Shown: piece by piece, positions 56,859 to 64,000 of the stretch | Layout: each line of letters starts with the position of its first letter | How positions within the stretch are numbered: position 1 is the first letter of the stretch | Virus record (IMG/VR): IMGVR_UViG_3300044213_000060 | Span: 28,903-92,902 of that record | Strand: one strand, 5' to 3' | DNA from: a virus | Length of the DNA: 64,000 bases | Made by a program: the position numbers and the translations under genes | The notes under the pieces: model-generated | What the model was told of the DNA's origin: nothing | Database searches by the model: none | The model's input: only the letters and a program-made list of their open reading frames with translations

Positions 56859-57058
56859 GATAATTTTAGAATTAAAAAACTAGATACAAAAGGGTCTTTG
56901 ACCCAAATCTTTTTAGATTTCAAGTCTATATACCAGCCAAGTCCTCCAACACGATTGTGCAGCCAATACTGTTGAGGACCAACATGCTGGATTAGTAGGT
57001 TTACTGCATCTGTAGTTCTACCACAAAAAGGAAACTCAGCTGATCTCTGTTCTTCCAT
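56855..57058 (-). CDS. Hypothetical protein
   Basis: 67 aa, overlaps both neighbours. Confidence 0.5.
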   Translation of the reverse strand: MEEQRSAEFPFCGRTTDAVNLLIQHVGPQQYWLHNRVGGLGWYIDLKSKKIWVKDPFVSSFLILKLS

Positions 57059-57440
57059 TTCCTAGGTCCTGTCGGTCAATAACCCGTGGTCTAAGTCCCG
57101 ATGGTTGATTGGCCTCCCACTGTTCAAAGTTTTCCATAACCACATTACGGCAAACATCCTGGAACCAACGATCTACCATGTCGGCATCTGTTTTACCTTG
57201 ATATCCAGCACGAACTAGATTAGTAATAAATTTATCATTCCAGTCTAATTCAAACGCACCATTGCCAATATTATCAGGATCAAGTTCAACCGCAACAACA
57301 CTAACCCATGGCTCACCACGTTCTGTGGCAATATCCTTTTCAGATTTCTTAGGTGCACGCGGCTTTGGTTCTTTTTTTGGTGCCTCGGGTTCTGGTGCCG
57401 AGTCTGATTTTTTCTTGAAAGTGTTGAAGATGTTGAACAT
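57036..57440 (-). CDS. Hypothetical protein
   Basis: 134 aa; GEPWV, FELDWND. Confidence 0.6.
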   Translation of the reverse strand: MFNIFNTFKKKSDSAPEPEAPKKEPKPRAPKKSEKDIATERGEPWVSVVAVELDPDNIGNGAFELDWNDKFITNLVRAGYQGKTDADMVDRWFQDVCRNVVMENFEQWEANQPSGLRPRVIDRQDLGNGRTEIS

Positions 57441-57441
57441 T

Positions 57442-58728
57442 TTAATATCTATATGTGTCGGGTTTATATGGTCCGTTAACGTCCACGGAAATATAATCTG
57501 CTTGTTTTTCAGTTAATCTAGTTAGTGTAGCACCAATTTGTTCAAGATGCAACCTAGCGACCATTTCATCTAAATGTTTAGGTAACAAATATATTTGCCC
57601 ACGTTGATAGTTATCAGGATTGTTAAATAATTCAATTTGTGCAATTGTTTGATTTGTAAAACTATTACTCATTACAAAACTTGGATGTCCGGTAGCACAA
57701 CCCAAATTTACCAAACGACCTTTTGCCAACAGAATAATGCGTTTACCATCTGGAAAAATAACATGATCCACTTGCGGTTTAATTTCTTCCCAACCACAAT
57801 CACTTAATCCTGCAACATCAATTTCAGTATCAAAGTGCCCAATGTTACAGACGATGGCTTGATCTTTCATTGCATCCATGTGTGCACGAGTGACAACATC
57901 AACGTTGCCAGTTGCAGTAACAAAAATATCTGCTTTATCTGCGGCATAATCCATAGTGACTACACGAAATCCCTCCATAGCAGCCTGCAATGCACAAATA
58001 GGATCCACTTCAGTTACCCATACCTGTGCACTAAGTGCACGCAGAGCCTGTGCGGAACCTTTCCCAACATCGCCGTATCCGGCAACAACCGCAACTTTAC
58101 CTGCGATCATAACATCAGTTGCACGCTTGATTCCATCGACTAGACTTTCTCGGCAACCATATAAGTTATCAAATTTACTTTTGGTAACCGAGTCATTCAC
58201 ATTAATTGCAGGAATCTTTAAGGTACCTGCAGCAATACGTTCTAGAAGTTTATGTATGCCAGTTGTGGTTTCTTCGGTAACTCCGATGATACCATCCAAT
58301 AAATCACTGTGGCGATCGTGAATATAACCAGTTAGGTCATGTCCGTCATCAAGGATCATATTGGGAGTCCAACCATTGGGTCCGCGAACAGTTTGTTCTA
58401 TACACCACCAATACTCTTCTTCGGTTTCGCCTTTCCAAGCAAACACAGGTATCCCAAGATCAGCAACTGCAGCAGCAGCATGATCCTGAGTAGAAAAAAT
58501 ATTACAACTACTCCAACGTACACTAGCCCCAAGTGCAACTAGAACTTTAATAAGTACTGCAGTCTGTATAGTCATATGCAGTGACCCTACAATACGAGCA
58601 CCAGCCAAGGGTTGTTGATCTCGATATTTTTCCAATACTGCTCTCAAACCAGGCATTTCATGCTCGGCGATAGCAATTTCTTTATGACCCCACTTTGCTA
58701 AATTTATATCTGCTACTTTATAATCCAT
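57442..58728 (-). CDS. ahcY: S-adenosylhomocysteine hydrolase
   Basis: [69 protein letters not shown]. Confidence 0.97.
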   Translation of the reverse strand: MDYKVADINLAKWGHKEIAIAEHEMPGLRAVLEKYRDQQPLAGARIVGSLHMTIQTAVLIKVLVALGASVRWSSCNIFSTQDHAAAAVADLGIPVFAWKGETEEEYWWCIEQTVRGPNGWTPNMILDDGHDLTGYIHDRHSDLLDGIIGVTEETTTGIHKLLERIAAGTLKIPAINVNDSVTKSKFDNLYGCRESLVDGIKRATDVMIAGKVAVVAGYGDVGKGSAQALRALSAQVWVTEVDPICALQAAMEGFRVVTMDYAADKADIFVTATGNVDVVTRAHMDAMKDQAIVCNIGHFDTEIDVAGLSDCGWEEIKPQVDHVIFPDGKRIILLAKGRLVNLGCATGHPSFVMSNSFTNQTIAQIELFNNPDNYQRGQIYLLPKHLDEMVARLHLEQIGATLTRLTEKQADYISVDVNGPYKPDTYRY

Positions 58729-58730
58729 TA

Positions 58731-59138
58731 TTAATCCTTATGATATTTCCATGCTTCATCTGATCCGCCTAGGTGTCCCCAGTCACTATCGGCTACCATA
58801 GTGCTACTTATACCTCCTCTAGGACGAAATTCTATTTCAATACGAATACGAGTTGGTTCGTAAGCAGTTTTAAGATGCTGATACATTACATTTAAACTTC
58901 TTTCGTAACTTATGATCGTATCTCTATACTGATACAAATATTCTTTTAAACTTTTTAATTCTATGGTCTTTTCGTTACCATAAAACCAAATTTTAATTGC
59001 ACCAAAATCGGGTTGATCATGAACACCCAGGAATGTAAATTCAGGTATTGATATTCTCTGCTCAAAGCCCTTAGCTGAATTTGGTAATGATTTTAGTATA
59101 TCGCCGCGTATACTTTGCCATAATTTTTTATCACTCAT
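58731..59138 (-). CDS. QueF-like T-fold protein lacking the catalytic cysteine
   Basis: [16 protein letters not shown] (QueF motif), PRGGI; no Cys anywhere in the protein. Confidence 0.8.
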   Translation of the reverse strand: MSDKKLWQSIRGDILKSLPNSAKGFEQRISIPEFTFLGVHDQPDFGAIKIWFYGNEKTIELKSLKEYLYQYRDTIISYERSLNVMYQHLKTAYEPTRIRIEIEFRPRGGISSTMVADSDWGHLGGSDEAWKYHKD

Positions 59139-59150
59139 TATTATATTTTC

Positions 59151-60254
59151 TTAAAACAAATTAATTTGTTCCCAAGGCAAATCAGACTTGCCGAAATGAC
59201 CATAGTTTGTTGTAGAACTATATATAGGACGGAAAAGATTAAAACGTTTGATAATACCAGCTGGAGTTAGATCAACATTATTATTTATCCATGCAGTAAG
59301 ATCTCTATTTAACTCAGTGCCACCGGTTTCTATATAAAAACTCATCGGATCTTTCATACCAATGGCATAACTAATTTGGCAAGTTGCGTTTGGTGCTCGA
59401 CCCGATGCTACAATATTTTTAGCAATGTACCTCATCATATATGCAGCAGATCTATCAACTTTGGTAGGATCTTTTCCACTAAATGCACCACCACCATGCG
59501 GGCTATATCCACCGTATGTGTCAACAATAATCTTGCGACCAGTTAATCCACAGTCGCCATCCGGACCACCTATAACAAATCTTCCAGTCGGATTAATATA
59601 AAATTCGGTGTTATTGTCAACATAATTTGAAGGTAATAACGCACGAATGATTTTTTCTACTTCTGCACGTACAGTATCAATGCCGATATCTGCAGAATGT
59701 TGGGTTGAACAAACAACTTTAGCAATACGTACCGGTTGACGATTATCATCATACTCAAAAGTAACTTGGCTCTTTGCATCAGGTCCTAACCAACTGAAAT
59801 GATTATTAGTTTTTCGAACTCGAGCAAGTTCTTGCACAATCCGATGACTCCAATAAATGGCGCTAGGCATGTAGGTGTCAGTTTCGTTACAGGCATAACC
59901 AAACATCAAGCCCTGATCGCCTGCACCAAACGTATCTGTGCCTAATGCGATATCTGCTGACTGTCCATGTAGCTCATTATAGATCTTTACAGTGCGCCAA
60001 TCAAATCCTTCTTGTTCGTATCCAATGTCTTTGATAGTTTTACGGATAGTACTTTCTACTTCTTCTTTGTGTAAAATACCTTTATATTCACCAGCAACGG
60101 TAACCATATTTGTTGTTACTAATGTTTCGCAGGCACATCGTAACGAGGTATCTTCTTTAGCCATTATCAAATCTAATACTGCATCACTAATAGCATCTGC
60201 TACTTTATCAGGGTGCCCTTCACCAACACTTTCACTTGTAAATAGATAACTCAT
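59151..60254 (-). CDS. metK: S-adenosylmethionine synthetase
   Basis: FTSESV.EGHPDK, GAGDQG, PDAKSQV, GLTGRKIIVDTYGG, GGGAFSGKDPTKVDRS. Confidence 0.98.
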   Translation of the reverse strand: MSYLFTSESVGEGHPDKVADAISDAVLDLIMAKEDTSLRCACETLVTTNMVTVAGEYKGILHKEEVESTIRKTIKDIGYEQEGFDWRTVKIYNELHGQSADIALGTDTFGAGDQGLMFGYACNETDTYMPSAIYWSHRIVQELARVRKTNNHFSWLGPDAKSQVTFEYDDNRQPVRIAKVVCSTQHSADIGIDTVRAEVEKIIRALLPSNYVDNNTEFYINPTGRFVIGGPDGDCGLTGRKIIVDTYGGYSPHGGGAFSGKDPTKVDRSAAYMMRYIAKNIVASGRAPNATCQISYAIGMKDPMSFYIETGGTELNRDLTAWINNNVDLTPAGIIKRFNLFRPIYSSTTNYGHFGKSDLPWEQINLF

Positions 60255-60592
60255 TTATTTTCCTTTTTAAATTCCTTTACTGCCTTAACCGCAGTTTCTA
60301 ATGTTCGTGCATAGTCTAGGGCCTGTTGCTCGGTCATAACGATGCTTGCTTCGTATTTGACATATCCTGTAGTTAGCAATTGCCAAATATGTTGCCATCT
60401 GTTTTTGCTCCACCAATTTGTCTTTTGTTGAGTATATGTAGTAACCGAAACACCGCTGGCGTCGGCTTCTACCCAGACATTATGATTACAATCGCTATTG
60501 CCACATTGGCAAACTACTCCATACACCATAGAGCCGCCCCAGTCGTTTTGTTTGTACACACCTGCTAAGGGTTCTGTGATTTTAGTAGCCAT
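60251..60592 (-). CDS. Hypothetical protein with CxC/CxH (possible Zn site)
   Basis: VCQCGNSDCNH. Confidence 0.55.
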   Translation of the reverse strand: MATKITEPLAGVYKQNDWGGSMVYGVVCQCGNSDCNHNVWVEADASGVSVTTYTQQKTNWWSKNRWQHIWQLLTTGYVKYEASIVMTEQQALDYARTLETAVKAVKEFKKENK

Positions 60593-60837
60593 AGTACATG
60601 TTCCTTACTATCATGCCAACGAAATTCAAAAACAGGATCACCGGGCCCAGTCCACATCGCCGACCCTTCCACGGCAGTTGTTAACCACAACCAACGACCA
60701 GTTATATTACAACGGCGTGGCCACCACAGGAAACGTTCCATCCATACTGCTCGACGATAAAACGATTCTTCTAACTGATCTCTATCCCACCCCGGAGGTG
60801 CTTGTGACACTGAATCCAACGGCATCATGTACCCCAA
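60565..60837 (-). CDS. Hypothetical Trp-rich protein
   Basis: 90 aa. Confidence 0.5.
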   Translation of the reverse strand: MGYMMPLDSVSQAPPGWDRDQLEESFYRRAVWMERFLWWPRRCNITGRWLWLTTAVEGSAMWTGPGDPVFEFRWHDSKEHVLWLLKSQNP

Positions 60838-61673
60838 GCGTTCCGGAATAAGGGAACTTGGAGTCTATCGCTATAACGCCAACCACGTTTCATTGCCGCA
60901 AGTGCAACATTCTTAGCGTTTAAATTATAAACACTTTCTACACCACCTGTGGGCATTAAGTATACATGTCCACTAAACCCGGCCGCTCTATATTCTTTAA
61001 CTGCTCGGTTTGCATCTTTAACATCCTCATCTGTGGCTACTACAAATTTTAAATATGCAGTTCCGTAGTCTTGATAGTCAAACACAATCTCCGGCTTAAT
61101 TGCATCTTCCCATGTTTCTCCACTAACAGGAAGTTTAGCACTAACACTAAAGGTAATTTCTCTGCCGGGTTTACTAGCGGTCCACTCTGTTAAGTATTGT
61201 TTGAATTCTGGAGTTAATGATTGAGTGCCATTTGTTTCAAAAGTAATTTCTTTTAATCCTGTCATTGCAGGATGATCCAACAAGTCTGGGTAAGCACGTT
61301 GCCAACCTAACAATGGCTCGCCTCCGGTGATGACAAGATGCTCGTCCCTCCAGGTGTTATGTGGGAGAATGTGCATGATTCTATCTGCAATGGCATCACT
61401 TGAAAGCATAGGACTAAGTTCTTTAAAATCAGGATGCCAACTAGCGTAACTATCACAACCTGTAGAAACGAGAGGAAGTTCTTCATAATTATTAAATAAA
61501 TGTACCACTTGTGCAATTTCTTCGGCTTCGGTGCTTAGTTCGCCTTTGGGCATGCCAAAACCGGCACATTTAAAATTACAGCCAAAGACACGCAAGAACA
61601 CACTAGGTACCCCCATGTATCTACCTTCACCTTGGATGCTATAAAATAACTCTGCGACTTTTAGTTTACTCAT
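60825..61673 (-). CDS. queE: 7-carboxy-7-deazaguanine synthase-like radical SAM protein
   Basis: ELFYSIQGEG..GVPSVFLR.FGCN..C...CDS, TGGEPLL, ETNGT, SAK, YLMP, RLQ. Confidence 0.85.
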   Translation of the reverse strand: MSKLKVAELFYSIQGEGRYMGVPSVFLRVFGCNFKCAGFGMPKGELSTEAEEIAQVVHLFNNYEELPLVSTGCDSYASWHPDFKELSPMLSSDAIADRIMHILPHNTWRDEHLVITGGEPLLGWQRAYPDLLDHPAMTGLKEITFETNGTQSLTPEFKQYLTEWTASKPGREITFSVSAKLPVSGETWEDAIKPEIVFDYQDYGTAYLKFVVATDEDVKDANRAVKEYRAAGFSGHVYLMPTGGVESVYNLNAKNVALAAMKRGWRYSDRLQVPLFRNAWGT

Positions 61674-62025
61674 AAATTGATGACCATTTTTTAAGTTTGT
61701 TGAATTTTGCCTGTTTGTTTTCGTCTAACTTGTCTGTATTTAGAATACCTTGATCTACTAGAATATCTATCATTGCTAACACATCGCCTACTTCTTGTTC
61801 GAGAGTTGCTCGATGCGTTAAATGGGTATGGTATGACATTTCGTCTATACCAAATCTTTGTATTTTACTTACTTCTTGGATTATTTCGGCACATTCTTCG
61901 GAAAGAATAACTAATGCTTCTAATATTTTGCTATCAACTGCATTGATTTTTTTGTATACAGTAAAATTACGTGATTCTCGTTCAGCACGTTGTTCTATGT
62001 GATTATTTAATTTTTTTGCTAACAT
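61666..62025 (-). CDS. MazG-like nucleotide pyrophosphohydrolase
   Basis: EECAE...EQEVGD; start set at the TAATG overlap. Confidence 0.7.
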   Translation of the reverse strand: MLAKKLNNHIEQRAERESRNFTVYKKINAVDSKILEALVILSEECAEIIQEVSKIQRFGIDEMSYHTHLTHRATLEQEVGDVLAMIDILVDQGILNTDKLDENKQAKFNKLKKWSSIYE

Positions 62026-62204
62026 TATTGATTCCAATGACGTATAACACCTGCTACAATGAACAGATTTGTTACTATAGATATTAACACAATTGTTGTA
62101 CGGATGCAAGCAATTAAATCTGCTTCTTTGTCCGAATCACCGGCCTTTTCACCTAATGCCTTTGCCCATAATCTCCAGCATTTTTTAATGATTTCTTTTA
62201 CCAT
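62025..62204 (-). CDS. Small membrane protein (WRLWAKALGEK type)
   Basis: One hydrophobic C-terminal helix; start uncertain. Confidence 0.55.
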   Translation of the reverse strand: MVKEIIKKCWRLWAKALGEKAGDSDKEADLIACIRTTIVLISIVTNLFIVAGVIRHWNQ

Positions 62205-62526
62205 CAAATACACAATTGAATAATAAATTTTGTTCGCCATCATTTATTACACGATGGAAAGCACCATCTGGAATTAGTACAATATCTCCAGCGGTAACAT
62301 AAAATGGTTCATCTGACTCATCACCAACAATCATCTGTCCGTGTCCGGAGACAAAAATATAAACTTCTTCTTGTCCTGGGTGACGATGTCCTCTAGTTTG
62401 TTGCCCTACTCGTAATTTGGTACTACTTAATACCAGATTTTTTAATGTCTTGTTATCTTTTAACACATAGGTTTCGTTGTCTTTTACAACTTCTCCACCT
62501 ATGTCATAAATGCTATACTTATTCAT
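62185..62526 (-). CDS. Cupin domain protein
   Basis: GHRH..QEEVY...G.G and GD...IP.G..H...N. Confidence 0.85.
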   Translation of the reverse strand: MNKYSIYDIGGEVVKDNETYVLKDNKTLKNLVLSSTKLRVGQQTRGHRHPGQEEVYIFVSGHGQMIVGDESDEPFYVTAGDIVLIPDGAFHRVINDGEQNLLFNCVFDGKRNH

Positions 62527-63031
62527 AATCTGCTTCTGTTTTAATAACTACATTGCCCTCATCGTTGGCTTCAATGATACGCACAATATCGCCTGCTTCA
62601 TTTTTAATGGCAATCGGACCCCAGATCCACCAGTCAGTATCACTTTGACGCCAACGATCATCTTCACGATCTTCTAATTCATATGGACTATTTTCCTCAA
62701 GGAATTCACGAATTTCTTCCTCTTCCTCTTCATCAAGTCCTTCGATTTCAATATCATACCAGCAACCGCCATCAAACAGTTCAACAAGTTCAACATACTC
62801 AATATTATTAACTTCACAGTCTAGCATGTTGATACTATCTTTTTTACCATCGCCTCCAGGAAGTTCTACAAACTCAAACTCGGGTGGATTGTCGTCTGTA
62901 GTATCTACCGTCCATTCTCCGTAACGATAACCATTAACAACAGTTACCTTACCTTCGCCTTCACGTTGATAGTATGTTTCAACTTCTTGAACATTCTTTT
63001 TATGATATGTACTTACATTCCATGTTGCCAT
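62519..63031 (-). CDS. Highly acidic hypothetical protein
   Basis: 170 aa, E/D-rich. Confidence 0.6.
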   Translation of the reverse strand: MATWNVSTYHKKNVQEVETYYQREGEGKVTVVNGYRYGEWTVDTTDDNPPEFEFVELPGGDGKKDSINMLDCEVNNIEYVELVELFDGGCWYDIEIEGLDEEEEEEIREFLEENSPYELEDREDDRWRQSDTDWWIWGPIAIKNEAGDIVRIIEANDEGNVVIKTEADYE

Positions 63032-63032
63032 T

Positions 63033-63362
63033 TTAATTCTCCTGCAAAAATATTTCTAATTTTAATTGAAGTTCGGGACCTAACCATCTTACACCTTCGG
63101 AATGATCTCTAAGATCATCCTTGATACTTTCATGTAGCAATATACTATTTGTCTCATGATTGACTCGCAAGAATGATTCTATAAAGTCTTTATTATACGT
63201 GGAATATACAACTTGGTACATAGGTAATGGGTGAGGACCTACGGGTTGATCCCAAACTCTACCTAGTGTACATCCAGGCTGATTGGTGAACCATTCCCTT
63301 ATTGCCATAGCTGTGTATCGTTCAGTGGGTGTACCCCAGTATATGTGTGCGTGATAGTCCAT
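63033..63362 (-). CDS. DOPA 4,5-dioxygenase family protein
   Basis: YHAHIY, PVGPHPLPMYQV, SILLH, DH...WLG. Confidence 0.8.
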   Translation of the reverse strand: MDYHAHIYWGTPTERYTAMAIREWFTNQPGCTLGRVWDQPVGPHPLPMYQVVYSTYNKDFIESFLRVNHETNSILLHESIKDDLRDHSEGVRWLGPELQLKLEIFLQEN

Positions 63363-63535
63363 TATTTAAACGTTATAGTATCAAAAATTATTACCATGCC
63401 TGTGAATAACATCACCAGACTAATGGAACCGGGGTCAACGATATAAGTAGCCAATCCTGCGCCTATATTATAACCTCCTAGAGCGTACCCGATTCTTTTT
63501 CGATGCCTACTAAACCAATCTAAAAATTTATTCAT
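63362..63535 (-). CDS. Small 57-aa membrane protein (absent from ORF track)
   Basis: MNKFLDWFSRHRKRIG...IIFDTITFK; ATGA and TAATG overlaps at its two ends. Confidence 0.6.
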   Translation of the reverse strand: MNKFLDWFSRHRKRIGYALGGYNIGAGLATYIVDPGSISLVMLFTGMVIIFDTITFK

Positions 63536-63771
63536 TCTTCAACTCCAAAATGTTTTCGAATCTGTTCGCCAATACTTCGACCGGCCCACGTAGGATGGTC
63601 CTCACAAGTCTGTAACATTTTTCGCACAATCAACTCAGCGAACTTGGCCAATTCTTCATCATAGTTGCTTGACCAGTCAATAGTGTCGCCTTCGGGTCGC
63701 CAACTTTCATCAGCCCAAAAGATAAATCCAGCCTGCTCTGCTAATTCTAAAAATCTTTCTTTGTTCATCAT
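63532..63771 (-). CDS. Small hypothetical protein (KFAELIV...KHFGV family)
   Basis: Paralogous to the next ORF. Confidence 0.6.
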   Translation of the reverse strand: MMNKERFLELAEQAGFIFWADESWRPEGDTIDWSSNYDEELAKFAELIVRKMLQTCEDHPTWAGRSIGEQIRKHFGVEE

Positions 63772-63980
63772 TTAACTCCGAAATGTTTTAATACACTATT
63801 CTTTACCTTTAACCGAACATCAGGATGTGAATTTACAGGCATACTTACTTCAGCAACACCAGCACATTCTTTCACAATCAACTCGGCAAACTTTTCAAAC
63901 TTGTGTTCAATGCCTAATCGTTCCATTTCAGGCTGATGGAATCCTGCCTCATTGAATAAGTGTAGTAATCGTTTATTCAT
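63768..63980 (-). CDS. Small hypothetical protein (KFAELIV...KHFGV family)
   Basis: Paralogous to the previous ORF. Confidence 0.6.
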   Translation of the reverse strand: MNKRLLHLFNEAGFHQPEMERLGIEHKFEKFAELIVKECAGVAEVSMPVNSHPDVRLKVKNSVLKHFGVK

Positions 63981-64000
63981 TCCAGCAGATCCTCTTCCCA

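Noticed and set aside
2407-61910. Many 60-150 aa antisense or off-frame ORFs in the track (e.g. 7092..7454, 35179..35559, 39291..39746, 51631..52008)
   Set aside because: They are shadows of well-supported genes, with no RBS or recognisable motifs.
1-64000. Alternative genetic code, tRNA or rRNA genes
   Set aside because: Code 11 gives full-length, tightly overlapping genes; intergenic gaps are short and show no cloverleaf or rRNA signatures.

Overview
A gene-dense, AT-rich segment of a large (probably jumbo) tailed-phage genome in genetic code 11. No tRNA, rRNA or CRISPR was seen. Layout: (1) 1-15195, late virion module: a 5'-truncated >2800-aa structural protein, baseplate/fibre proteins and an unexpected S53 sedolisin protease. 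(2) 15268-35967, an apparently single ~20.7-kb plus-strand operon behind a perfect sigma70 promoter. It encodes three glycosyltransferase-like proteins, eight tandem radical SAM enzymes with N-terminal twitch domains, three SGNH-like proteins, an O-carbamoyltransferase, a 7Fe ferredoxin, an APS-kinase-like protein and small unannotated peptides, and is interrupted by an antisense GIY-YIG homing endonuclease cassette. (3) 35999-47762, a DNA methyltransferase, early genes with a repeated promoter/operator module, a MoxR AAA/VWA pair, folA, thyA, an NDP-sugar epimerase and a DegT aminotransferase. (4) 47750-64000, mostly minus strand: a 1404-aa repeat/pseudo-glycosyltransferase protein, a 5'-3' exonuclease, two more SGNH proteins, ahcY, a cysteine-less QueF, metK, queE, and MazG-like, cupin and DOPA-dioxygenase-like genes. 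The best candidate for an undescribed system is a phage-encoded, radical-SAM-rich glycan or other macromolecule tailoring pathway with its own SAM cycle and electron donor, possibly decorating the virion. All family assignments come from manual motif recognition; no searches were run.
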